Below are positions 9,462 to 18,739 of a stretch of DNA of 64,000 bases, piece by piece. The position numbers were made by a program, and so were the translations under genes. Position 1 is the first letter of the stretch. Each line of letters opens with the position of its first letter. The notes below the pieces were generated by a model, which had not been told where the DNA came from, searched no databases, and saw only the letters and a program-made list of their open reading frames with translations. This stretch comes from Candidatus Poseidoniales archaeon (lineage in GTDB: Archaea > Thermoplasmatota > Poseidoniia > Poseidoniales > Thalassarchaeaceae). The stretch spans positions 41,143-105,142 of the forward strand of contig DUAE01000055.1 of assembly GCA_012960975.1 (NCBI GenBank). Direction: 5' to 3'.

Positions 9462-10670
9462 ATGCCTCGGATGTCTATGGACTCTGACACAGGTGTTGAC
9501 TACAAAGGGTCATCTCTTCTGAATAGACATGTTCTATTCGTTATTTCGGGAGGTATTGCTGCTGTTGAATCGATTAAATTACTCCGTGAATTACGTAGGC
9601 ACAGAGCAAAAATCACAATTATGATGACTAAAGAGGCTGAAAAAATAATTTCCCCTCTAGCAATATCTTGGGCTGCCAATGAAAAAATATTGACAGATTG
9701 GGATCCTGAAATGAAACAATTAGATAATTATGACGCATTATTAGTAGCTCCTGCCACTAGGAACACAATTGCTAAGCATATCCATGGCATTATGGATTCT
9801 CCCGTTATGATGTCTTTAGCTGCAGCAAGAGGATCCCAGACTCCTATTGTTTTCATTCCTTCAATGCATCAAGATATATTCGATGATCCCGTAACAGAAG
9901 ATTTGCTTCAACAAATAGAAAAAGAAGGGAATTACTACCTCCACACTACTAAAGATGAAGGTAAGGTCAAGCAGCCGGATTCAATACAAATTGTTGCTGA
10001 TTTTGCGCATATTATCAATTCTAGAAATCACAATCGGCAAGTAATTGCAATTACCTTAGGTGCAAACAGGGCTCCAATTGATGCAGTTAGAGCTATTCAA
10101 AATGCATCATCCGGAAGAACCGGTTGGGTAATTGCTGAATATCTGTATAGAATGGGTCATGAAGTGATTTGTATTGCTGGAAAAACATCTGCAAATTCGT
10201 CGTTTAAATTACCCACTATCATTCGGGCCGGTGCTCCTAATGATATGTTAGAAGCCTCGCTTATTGTTGCCAACGAAAATCCTAAACCAACCTGTTGGAT
10301 CCATGCAGCCGCTGTTTTAGATTATTTTACCGAACCTGAAATCGGTAAAATAGCGAGTGGAAGTAATAAATGGGAAATCACACTTTTACCTGGCCCAAAA
10401 CATATTGCCGAATTATCTGAAATTACTAGAAACACTGTAAGGATAGGTTTCAAACTTGAAACCAACGTATCTGATGATATATTAATTGAAAGAGCGATAG
10501 ATCTAATTCAAAAATATGGAGTAAATGCAGTTGTTGCCAACCTTCTAGAAAATTTAGGAGATTCATCTAAACCTCGGGCATACATAATTAGAGAAGATGG
10601 GGGACATATTATTGCACAAAACGAACAAGAAATGTGTTCTCAAATAGAGGATATAATCTTAGGTAATTAA
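9462..10670 (+). CDS. coaBC: Bifunctional phosphopantothenoylcysteine decarboxylase/synthetase (CoaBC/Dfp)
   Basis: SGGIAAV, APATRNTIAK, PSMH, IDAVRAIQNASSGRTG, AAAVLDY, GFKLET, VVAN. Confidence 0.9.
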   Translation: MPRMSMDSDTGVDYKGSSLLNRHVLFVISGGIAAVESIKLLRELRRHRAKITIMMTKEAEKIISPLAISWAANEKILTDWDPEMKQLDNYDALLVAPATRNTIAKHIHGIMDSPVMMSLAAARGSQTPIVFIPSMHQDIFDDPVTEDLLQQIEKEGNYYLHTTKDEGKVKQPDSIQIVADFAHIINSRNHNRQVIAITLGANRAPIDAVRAIQNASSGRTGWVIAEYLYRMGHEVICIAGKTSANSSFKLPTIIRAGAPNDMLEASLIVANENPKPTCWIHAAAVLDYFTEPEIGKIASGSNKWEITLLPGPKHIAELSEITRNTVRIGFKLETNVSDDILIERAIDLIQKYGVNAVVANLLENLGDSSKPRAYIIREDGGHIIAQNEQEMCSQIEDIILGN

Positions 10671-10719
10671 CCAAATTAGTGCGGCACATTGAAGCAGATT
10701 AGATTGGTGGACAGAAATC

Positions 10720-12240
10720 ATGGGTAAGCAGGGAAAGGCGAAGCGTGGCATCCCTCCTAAGTCTGATTTCAATTCGTGGTACCCAGCAATTGTTGAAATC
10801 GCGGATTTGGTAGATAAAAGATACCCAATCAAAGGAATGGATGTTTGGAAGCCTTATGGTTTACGCACGATGGGACTAATTGACGGTTTGACTCGTCAAG
10901 AAATGGCCTCAACCGGTCATGAAGAATATAATTTTCCCCTCTTGGTGCCTGAAGATCTTCTAGAAAAAGAAAATAGACTTGTTTCTAGATTAAAAGCTGC
11001 CAGGGAACTTGGAATAGATCCTTCTGAATTAAGACTTGATGAAGAAGAATCTGGATTTTCTAAAGAAGTCTATTGGGTTACGAAGGGTGGTGACAACGAA
11101 TTAGAAAAACCGATGTTTTTACGACCTACTTCTGAAACTCCAATGTACACAATGTTTTCTTTATGGGTTCGTAATCATGCCGACCTTCCCCTGAAAACTT
11201 TCCAAATCGTTAATACATTTCGCTATGAGACAAAACAAACACGTTCATTTATTCGTGTACGAGAAATTCACTTCTTTGAGGCTCACACTGTTCATAAAAA
11301 TGAAGCGGGGGCGACGCGACAAATCGAGGAAGATGCAAAAATCGTTCAAAGATTAATGCATGATTTATGCATTCCTGTACTAATTTCAATCCGGCCTGTT
11401 TGGGACACATTTCCAGGAGCATGGTACTCAACTGCAGTTGATGCAGTAATGCCGAACGGTAGAACCTTGCAAATCGCAACATATCATCATTATCGAGACC
11501 AATGGGCAGAAGCATTCAATCTTAATTATGAAGATTCAGATGGTAAAACTCAAAATTGTCATCAAACTACTTTTGGAATGTCTGAGCGATTACTAGGTGC
11601 AATTGTTGGGATGCATGGTGATGATGCCGGGCTTATTCTCCCCCCTACTGTCGCTCCACATCAGGTTATTTTAATGCCTATCGCTTCCCATATTGATCGT
11701 AATGTTTCAATTAAAGTGAATGAATTAGCTGAAGAGCTTCGTTCTAATGGGATTAGAGTATTTGTTGATGACCGAGATTTGCGTCCTGGTGCCAAACATT
11801 ATGATTGGGAAATTAAAGGTGCGCCAATTAGATTAGAATTAGGTCCTCGAGATTTAGTTTCCGATAAATGTGTTTTATCTTTACGAACCGGTGGTAAAGA
11901 AGAAGTCGCGTTAAAGTCTATTTCAGAAACTATTTTGTCTACACTAGAAACTATTTCCAATATTTTGAGAGAACGAGCCAGCATACATCAAAAAGAATTA
12001 ATTAAGCCATTACCAGTTTTAGAAAAAACTGATTCGGGTTGGGTTATTGATGGAGAAATTGATGAAGGGATCGTTTACGAATTTGCATTTGAAGGAAATG
12101 ATGCAGACGCAGAAATCATTGAGAAAATTACTGGCATGACATTGTTAGGCGATTGTGAATCCAGTTATCTTGAAGAAGTCCCTTGTATTGTCACTGGGAA
12201 ATTAACTACTCGCAAGCAACACATAGCTCGGATGTATTGA
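10720..12240 (+). CDS. proS: Proline--tRNA ligase, archaeal/eukaryotic type
   Basis: LRPTSET, FRYETKQTR.FIRVRE, HQTTFGMSERLLG, LELGPRD, C-terminal ARMY. Confidence 0.95.
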   Translation: MGKQGKAKRGIPPKSDFNSWYPAIVEIADLVDKRYPIKGMDVWKPYGLRTMGLIDGLTRQEMASTGHEEYNFPLLVPEDLLEKENRLVSRLKAARELGIDPSELRLDEEESGFSKEVYWVTKGGDNELEKPMFLRPTSETPMYTMFSLWVRNHADLPLKTFQIVNTFRYETKQTRSFIRVREIHFFEAHTVHKNEAGATRQIEEDAKIVQRLMHDLCIPVLISIRPVWDTFPGAWYSTAVDAVMPNGRTLQIATYHHYRDQWAEAFNLNYEDSDGKTQNCHQTTFGMSERLLGAIVGMHGDDAGLILPPTVAPHQVILMPIASHIDRNVSIKVNELAEELRSNGIRVFVDDRDLRPGAKHYDWEIKGAPIRLELGPRDLVSDKCVLSLRTGGKEEVALKSISETILSTLETISNILRERASIHQKELIKPLPVLEKTDSGWVIDGEIDEGIVYEFAFEGNDADAEIIEKITGMTLLGDCESSYLEEVPCIVTGKLTTRKQHIARMY

Positions 12241-12242
12241 TA

Positions 12243-13091
12243 TCATTTTTTGATAATTAAACCGAATAGTGACATTATTCCAAACAGCATCATCAATGCT
12301 CCATCTAAAACATCACCTGATTTTGCAGGTGCCCATGAATTAACAGACTCATACTCTTCAATTTCGGAAAATATTAATTTGGGATTATTTGAGCATTCAT
12401 CATTTGAAAATTGAATTTGTCCTTGTGTAGTAATTGTTTCACATCCGATACAACCCGATAATGATGCAACTTCAGTCCCATTTTCGATTAATGTAGTTAC
12501 ATAGGTATAAGGTGGAGTATTAACTACCCAACTGTTTGAATGTACAATAAAATTACCTGAGGTTTTCCAAGTAAAATCACCGATTTCAATTAAATTATTG
12601 GATCCATCTTCAGATATAATCCAGGTTATTGAATAATCGGTCATATTTTTGAGGAAATCACCGCTCCAAAATAAATGTAAATTTCCGTCTACGACAGTAG
12701 TGGACACGGAGAATTCGAGAGGTGCATCGTGAGTATCATCAACACATAAAGGGAGTAATGATCCTATGCCAACATAGAAATTAATTCCAACGAAAAGCAA
12801 ACCAATAATACCAACAGTCAGTATAAACAAATATCTTTTAGGTTGTTTTTCAGATTCAATATGCATAGGGGGGGGTTCGATAAATTCTGGTATTTCAACA
12901 CCATGACTAGCCCCATTATCATTAGTAATCGGAGTAGCGATTTCTGGTTCGGGTATTGATATCCCTAAGCCTTCTAGAGCTTCTCGTCCATAAATCCGTT
13001 CTGCTAAGTGGAAAAACTCAGCATCCATTTCTAATTCAGAGGGATCGATGGATCCATCGAGCAACTGTCGGAGCCGCTCAGCCTCGTTCAT
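12243..13091 (-). CDS. Hypothetical membrane-anchored protein
   Basis: Long ORF with internal and C-terminal hydrophobic helices flanking a beta-rich, Cys-containing segment. Confidence 0.6.
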   Translation of the reverse strand: MNEAERLRQLLDGSIDPSELEMDAEFFHLAERIYGREALEGLGISIPEPEIATPITNDNGASHGVEIPEFIEPPPMHIESEKQPKRYLFILTVGIIGLLFVGINFYVGIGSLLPLCVDDTHDAPLEFSVSTTVVDGNLHLFWSGDFLKNMTDYSITWIISEDGSNNLIEIGDFTWKTSGNFIVHSNSWVVNTPPYTYVTTLIENGTEVASLSGCIGCETITTQGQIQFSNDECSNNPKLIFSEIEEYESVNSWAPAKSGDVLDGALMMLFGIMSLFGLIIKK

Positions 13092-13153
13092 ATTAGCACC
13101 TGTATTCGACCCCTTCATGAATCAAACCCTAATTTATTGATTGGAAGAATAAT

Positions 13154-14101
13154 TTATTTACGTTTCAAGACTTTTCGCACAGCATTTTCGATAGATTCTG
13201 AATTGATACCAATATGCAGCATTAGATCCCCAGTTTCCCCACTTTCTCCAAATCTATCATTCACTCCGACCATCTCTAAGGGGGATGGACAATTTCGGGC
13301 CAAATATTCCGATACTGCTCCTCCTAAGCCACCGATTACAGAATGATCTTCTGCTGTAACAAAACAACCAATATTATTTGATAATATGTTGATTAGATTT
13401 CCGTCAAGAGGTTTGATGGTGTGCATATCGACAACAGTGGCATTAATTCCCTCAATAGCAAGATTTGAAGCCGCCATAGATGCTTCGTTAACCATTATTC
13501 CACAGGCAATAATTGCTACGTCATGCCCCTCTCTAATCACCGATCCTTTTCCGATTTTTAATGATTTCACAGAATCTTGATCGTATGTCCGAGGTACTTT
13601 ATTTCTCGCTGTTCGAGTATAGGATGGATTTCCGTGATTGAGTAACTGCATGGTAAGTTCCTCGGCAGATAAGTCGTCACAAGGATGCATAACAGTCAAA
13701 TTTGGAATTGTACGGTAAATTCCTAAATCTTCAATGGATTGTGCACTACTTCCATCTGTTCCAGTATGTATACCTCCGTGGCTGCCACAGATATGTACAA
13801 CTAACCCTGGCCTTGCTATACCATTTCTGACTTGTTCAAAGGCTCGTTCTGTAAAAATAGCAAAAGTACTAGCAAATGGAACCTTTCCTGATGAAGCCAT
13901 CCCTGCTGCAACAAGCATCATATTTTGTTCTGCGATTCCAACTGATATCGTTCTCTCAGGGTGCTTAGCACGAAATAGGCACGATTTTGTTGATTTGCCT
14001 AAATCTGCTTCAAGGACAACGACCCTCTTGTCATCTGCAAGCCTGAGAAGGGCATTGCCATAACCATCACGAGAAGCGCCGCCAGTTGAGGGGCCACTCA
14101 T
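13154..14101 (-). CDS. Transketolase, C-terminal subunit
   Basis: GIAEQNM, GTDGSSAQSIED, EDHSVIGGLG; overlaps the N-terminal subunit gene. Confidence 0.9.
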   Translation of the reverse strand: MSGPSTGGASRDGYGNALLRLADDKRVVVLEADLGKSTKSCLFRAKHPERTISVGIAEQNMMLVAAGMASSGKVPFASTFAIFTERAFEQVRNGIARPGLVVHICGSHGGIHTGTDGSSAQSIEDLGIYRTIPNLTVMHPCDDLSAEELTMQLLNHGNPSYTRTARNKVPRTYDQDSVKSLKIGKGSVIREGHDVAIIACGIMVNEASMAASNLAIEGINATVVDMHTIKPLDGNLINILSNNIGCFVTAEDHSVIGGLGGAVSEYLARNCPSPLEMVGVNDRFGESGETGDLMLHIGINSESIENAVRKVLKRK

Positions 14102-14913
14102 GATAATTCCTCCATGGCGATAGCTAATTCATTATCATCTGGAGCCTTTCCATGAAATGAGGGGTTATTTTCCATAAAGGAGATTCCTTTTCCTTTAACC
14201 GTATGTGCAATAATTGCACAAGGTTCAGTATTATTATTCGAAGCCCAGTTAAGAGCTGAAACAACTTCATGCATATCATGCCCATTAATTTCCTTGACCG
14301 CCCAGCCAAACGATGAAAATTTTTCACCAATATCTCCAATTTCCATCTGTACATCCATAAAATCATCATTTTGTATGCGATTCCGATCGACAATTATATT
14401 GAGATTACCAATTTTATGATGATCTGCAGCCATAGCCGCTTCCCAAATTTGACCCTCTTGTGTTTCCCCGTCTCCTATCATTACCCAAATTTTCCTAGAA
14501 CTTTTATCCATTCTAGCGGCTAATGCACAACCTATTCCGAAAGATAGACCCATGCCTAGGCTTCCTGCGGAAAAATCTACTCCATCTGTCCATTTCATAT
14601 CGACATGACCTTGACACGTCGATCCTAGTTGTCTAAAAGTATCGATGTCATTTTGATCCAATAACCCTAGTTCAAAAAGCATGGAATAAACTGCAGGACT
14701 TGCATGACCTTTACTCATAATAAATCGATCTCTATCTGACCAATTTGGGTTTTTTACATCAAATCTGAATTCGGTTCCATATAATCCAACTATTAAGTCG
14801 ATTGCTGAAAGAGAACCACCCGGATGACCGGCACCTGCTTTGTGAATCATTTGAACAATATTTTTACGACAATTTCTGGCCGTATCTTCCAATTCTTTGA
14901 TATTTACACCCAT
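14098..14913 (-). CDS. Transketolase, N-terminal (TPP-binding) subunit
   Basis: GHPGGSLS, DRDRFIMSKGH, GSLGMG, GDGE..EGQIWEA, HTVKGKG. Confidence 0.92.
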   Translation of the reverse strand: MGVNIKELEDTARNCRKNIVQMIHKAGAGHPGGSLSAIDLIVGLYGTEFRFDVKNPNWSDRDRFIMSKGHASPAVYSMLFELGLLDQNDIDTFRQLGSTCQGHVDMKWTDGVDFSAGSLGMGLSFGIGCALAARMDKSSRKIWVMIGDGETQEGQIWEAAMAADHHKIGNLNIIVDRNRIQNDDFMDVQMEIGDIGEKFSSFGWAVKEINGHDMHEVVSALNWASNNNTEPCAIIAHTVKGKGISFMENNPSFHGKAPDDNELAIAMEELS

Positions 14914-15074
14914 TCCTGAGGCCCTCTGAGGTTAGTTCCTTAATCGTATGGCTATTGATGGTTTCCAGTGGTCTTACAGGAATTTTTCAATTTTTTTTTA
15001 ATAAGTTCAATAATCTTGATTAGATTAATTAAAATCAGAATGTTGATTGCCTACATTTGGTGAAGGTTGTGGAG

Positions 15075-16274
15075 ATGTCAACTCTAGCTGGGATTTCAGA
15101 TTGGCAAACCGAGTTCAAGAGGTCAAAAGTCCCATTTTCAATATCATCAGATGCCTTTCTGTCTAAATGTCATACATTAATTTGCAATGATCAGCGGATT
15201 TCTTTAGAATTAGGCATTCAATTATTCAACCATAATAATCTATCTGGAATATTTGCATTGGCCAATTTAATTAAAAATTCAAGGTATGGAAATTATGTTT
15301 ATTTTAATGAAAATTTACATGTAAATACTACAAATATTTGTGTTTTAGCCTGTAGATTTTGTGCTTTCCGTAAGGGACCCAGGCATTCAGAAGCATATTC
15401 ATTGAATGTCAAAGAATATTTAGAACAAATTAAACCATTTGCTAACAGAATAGACGAAGTTCATTCCGTTGGCGGATTGCACCCTGAATGGACAATAGAA
15501 CACTATGAAGAATTATATCGTGAATCAAAAAAATCTTTTCCCAATATTATGATTAAATCATTAACAGCAGTTGAGATTAAACATATTGCAAATAGGTCTG
15601 AATTATCAATTGAAGACACATTAATTCGTTTGTCTGATGCTGGATTGGATTCCTTACCAGGAGGTGGAGCCGAGATACTCGTTGATTCTGTGCGTAATCG
15701 TATTTGTCATGGAAAAGAATCATCAGATGAATACTTGAACATACATAAAATCGCGCATAACCTAGATATTAGTACAAATTGTACAATGTTATTTGGGACA
15801 GTTGAAACATTAGAAGAGAGAGCGATACATCTTGATAAATTAAGAATGTTACAGGATGAGACAAATGGGTTTCAATGCTTTGTTCCATATCCATTTTTAC
15901 CAGATAAATCTAGATTGCCTGAGGCGCAATTGGCCTCACTAAATGAAATTTTAAGGGTAATAGCTATTTCAAGAATTATGTTGGACAACATTCCACACAT
16001 CAAAGCGTATCGGATGAACTTAGGTTCAAAGGTTGCATCACTAGCGCTATTAGCAGGAGCAGATGATATAGATGGAACAGTCAACCATGAGGAAATAATG
16101 CATGAAGCAGGAAGTATGGCCAGACTAGATACTGATAGTGACGAATTATCGAGATTAATCGAATCAGTAGATTCTATCCCGATTAAACGCAATACATTAT
16201 ACACAGAATTTTCACGATATCAAAGGAAATTAAATGATCATTCTCGGCGTTTACCAATTTCCCATCAACCATAG
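15075..16274 (+). CDS. mqnE: Radical SAM protein of the CofH/MqnC/MqnE family, probably aminofutalosine synthase MqnE
   Basis: CVLACRFC, GGLHP, LPGGGAEI, TMLFGTVE, HIKAY; adjacent to mqnA and near mqnD. Confidence 0.78.
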   Translation: MSTLAGISDWQTEFKRSKVPFSISSDAFLSKCHTLICNDQRISLELGIQLFNHNNLSGIFALANLIKNSRYGNYVYFNENLHVNTTNICVLACRFCAFRKGPRHSEAYSLNVKEYLEQIKPFANRIDEVHSVGGLHPEWTIEHYEELYRESKKSFPNIMIKSLTAVEIKHIANRSELSIEDTLIRLSDAGLDSLPGGGAEILVDSVRNRICHGKESSDEYLNIHKIAHNLDISTNCTMLFGTVETLEERAIHLDKLRMLQDETNGFQCFVPYPFLPDKSRLPEAQLASLNEILRVIAISRIMLDNIPHIKAYRMNLGSKVASLALLAGADDIDGTVNHEEIMHEAGSMARLDTDSDELSRLIESVDSIPIKRNTLYTEFSRYQRKLNDHSRRLPISHQP

Positions 16275-16282
16275 GTGTTCGA

Positions 16283-17077
16283 ATGACTTGGAGAAGAGTT
16301 CTGGGCAGAGTTTCATTTGCTAATTGCGACCCTATTTTTGATGGATTAGAAGAAAAATGGAAAATCCTCCCTGCTCCACCTGCTTGGCTAACTGGCCATG
16401 TACTCAGGAAAGATTGTCTGACAGCTCCCATACCTGCAGCTGATTATGCAAATTATTGTGACGAACTGCAATTAATTCCAGGATTAGGGATAGTTAGCCA
16501 AGGAGATGTTGGTTCGGTTTTATTGTTCGGAAATCGGAGTATTGATTCTATGAGGGATATTGCTCTACCTTCCGATTCATCGACTTCGAAAGAATTACTA
16601 AAATGGGTTCTAAAATTACGGGGGCTTGATCCTAAATTTAATGAAACAGGTCCAGATATTGATACTATGTTAAATGAATCTGATGGAGCATTATTAATCG
16701 GTGATAAGGCCTTATTGGCTGCTGATAAATATCCCAATTTAATCAAACTAGATTTAGGGGCTGAATGGACAATGATTACAGGGTATCCTATGGTATTCGG
16801 AGTTTTTGCAACCAGAAAAGATAGCCCAATTAAAGACATTATTAAAGCACGTCAGGCAATGTTAAACCAATATGAAAATTTTCTTTCAAACCCTGAATGG
16901 CAGAATCAAGTAATTACTAATACTGCGGATAAAATTGGTTTTTCTGAATCCAGAGTGAGACAATATTTCCATACAGAAGTTAGAAATTCATTAGATGATC
17001 ATTCTACTAAAGGATTGGAATTATTTCTCCAAGAAGTCTGTGGAATGACAGAACCAATATCGTGGGTTAAACTTTAG
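16283..17077 (+). CDS. mqnA: Chorismate dehydratase MqnA
   Basis: GRVSFANC.P, G.VGSVLL, SSTS..LL, LLIGDKAL, DLGAEW...TGYPMVFG. Confidence 0.88.
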   Translation: MTWRRVLGRVSFANCDPIFDGLEEKWKILPAPPAWLTGHVLRKDCLTAPIPAADYANYCDELQLIPGLGIVSQGDVGSVLLFGNRSIDSMRDIALPSDSSTSKELLKWVLKLRGLDPKFNETGPDIDTMLNESDGALLIGDKALLAADKYPNLIKLDLGAEWTMITGYPMVFGVFATRKDSPIKDIIKARQAMLNQYENFLSNPEWQNQVITNTADKIGFSESRVRQYFHTEVRNSLDDHSTKGLELFLQEVCGMTEPISWVKL

Positions 17078-17553
17078 GAATAATCCAAATTTTTACTAGA
17101 AATATAATTTAGTAAATCAATCGCTACTTCACAAGATTCAGCAACTACGATTTCAGAATCTTCAATAAAATCACTCAGTACTTCCATTGCCCGTTGGTCT
17201 CCAATCGCTCCTAAAGCCTCAGCTGCTTCGTGGCGCACCATTACGTCCTCCTCATTGTCTGCTAATCTGTCTATCAAGCAAGGTAGAGCATGAGAGTTTT
17301 GCATTTGCCCTAAAACGTAGGCAATTTCATGTTTCAACAATGCTGAATTAGAATTAAATGCACTGGATAAGGCGTCGACACTACCATTACCACCAATATT
17401 TCTTAGAGCGAACAAAGCTCTCATTCTTTGAAACATTTTTTGGTTTTCATCACATAAAATTATCTGTAACTTATCAATATTTTTCAGATCACTAGGCGGA
17501 GCTGGATCAACTGATTCGAAAGGACTAGTCTCTGGTTTAGTAGAATCGTTCAT
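17074..17553 (-). CDS. HEAT-repeat protein resembling one half of deoxyhypusine hydroxylase (DOHH)
   Basis: SVDPAPP, RMRALFALRNIGG, SALLKHEIAYVLGQMQ, MVRHEAAEALGAIG, VVAESCEVAID. Confidence 0.85.
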   Translation of the reverse strand: MNDSTKPETSPFESVDPAPPSDLKNIDKLQIILCDENQKMFQRMRALFALRNIGGNGSVDALSSAFNSNSALLKHEIAYVLGQMQNSHALPCLIDRLADNEEDVMVRHEAAEALGAIGDQRAMEVLSDFIEDSEIVVAESCEVAIDLLNYISSKNLDYS

Positions 17554-18414
17554 TTATTCACCTGAACCAATAAATTTTATCTCATCAACATTGAGATTTT
17601 CATCAACCATGCCAATTTTTTGACCTTCCTTCAAGAATAGTCTCACAGCATCCCGACCATCTTGACCAAAATCAATTGTACGCTCATTAACATACATCCT
17701 GACAAACTCTTCGTTAGTTTCATCATCAATCCCTCTACCCCATAACTTTGCGAACGATAAAGCCGAATCGGGATTATTTAACGAATGAACAATACTATTT
17801 TTCACATCCCCGGTCATTAATTCGCATAGAGATATACCAAGATTTTTTCTGACTACATTACCTCCTAATGGCAATGGTAAACCGGTTTTTTCATTCCACC
17901 AAACACCAAGGTCCAAGACGAGATGAACTCCCTCGTCTTTCCAGGTTAATTGCCCCTCATGAATAATCACGCCAACATCAAATTCGCCATTCAAAACTTT
18001 TGGTAAAATTTCATCAAATGGAACAACTTCAACATCTACTTCACCCCATGCTAATTTCAAGGATAGGTGTGCACTAGTGCCAAGACCTGGGATGGCAATT
18101 TTTGCCTTTTTCGCTTCATCGACAGAAATTTCCTTAGTAGAAATAATCATTGGGCCGTATCCTTCTCCCATAGAAGCACCACAATTCATCAAGTGATACT
18201 TATCTGCTATTGTTGGAAATGAATGAATACTAACGGCAGATATTTCATAATTTCCAATTAGTGCATGTTGATTGAGAGTTTCAATGTCTAATAGTACATG
18301 CTCGTAATTTCTACCATGTGTATTGATGGCTCCAGTGGTCATTGCATGGAACATAAAAGCATCATCTGGATCGGGCGAATGGCCAACTTTGTAACTGTCG
18401 GGTGAGTATTGCAT
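17554..18414 (-). CDS. mqnD: 1,4-dihydroxy-6-naphthoate synthase MqnD
   Basis: HSPDPDDAFMF, DIETLN, GEGYGP, IIHEGQ, DLGVWW...TGLPLPLG, MYVN. Confidence 0.9.
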   Translation of the reverse strand: MQYSPDSYKVGHSPDPDDAFMFHAMTTGAINTHGRNYEHVLLDIETLNQHALIGNYEISAVSIHSFPTIADKYHLMNCGASMGEGYGPMIISTKEISVDEAKKAKIAIPGLGTSAHLSLKLAWGEVDVEVVPFDEILPKVLNGEFDVGVIIHEGQLTWKDEGVHLVLDLGVWWNEKTGLPLPLGGNVVRKNLGISLCELMTGDVKNSIVHSLNNPDSALSFAKLWGRGIDDETNEEFVRMYVNERTIDFGQDGRDAVRLFLKEGQKIGMVDENLNVDEIKFIGSGE

Positions 18415-18505
18415 ATAGTTCGCGAATAAAACACCTTGAAAATGCCTGTGGATATGAGTTCAGACTATGGGAAGGATAAATAGTGGAAATATAGCCCGAT
18501 AAAAT

Positions 18506-18682
18506 GTGCCTGATGCATCGAAATTATCTACCGCTACCGGACAATTAGGTCCAATTTGTTCAATAACGGGTAAAGCCATGACTTTTTCAGAGGCAATTAT
18601 CCTTGATAATGAATATGTTTGTTGGGATGCATATGTCAAATTAACCGGTGCGGCATCTGCTACAGATGTTATCGAGGAATGA
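18506..18682 (+). CDS. Small hypothetical protein (58 aa), possibly the remainder of a longer disrupted ORF
   Basis: Manual translation from GTG: MPDASKLSTATGQLGPICSITGKAMTFSEAIILDNEYVCWDAYVKLTGAASATDVIEE; fills the gap before priS. Confidence 0.45.
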   Translation: MPDASKLSTATGQLGPICSITGKAMTFSEAIILDNEYVCWDAYVKLTGAASATDVIEE

Positions 18683-18739
18683 TAGTTAACACACCTCGGA
18701 ATCCTCAACTTAATTTGCCCCCTGCTCACCAAAGGGGAC

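Noticed and set aside
13154-14913. Split transketolase (and the B12-domain-less mutase at 37640-39232) as pseudogenes
   Set aside because: Two-subunit forms are well known in archaea and the frames are intact
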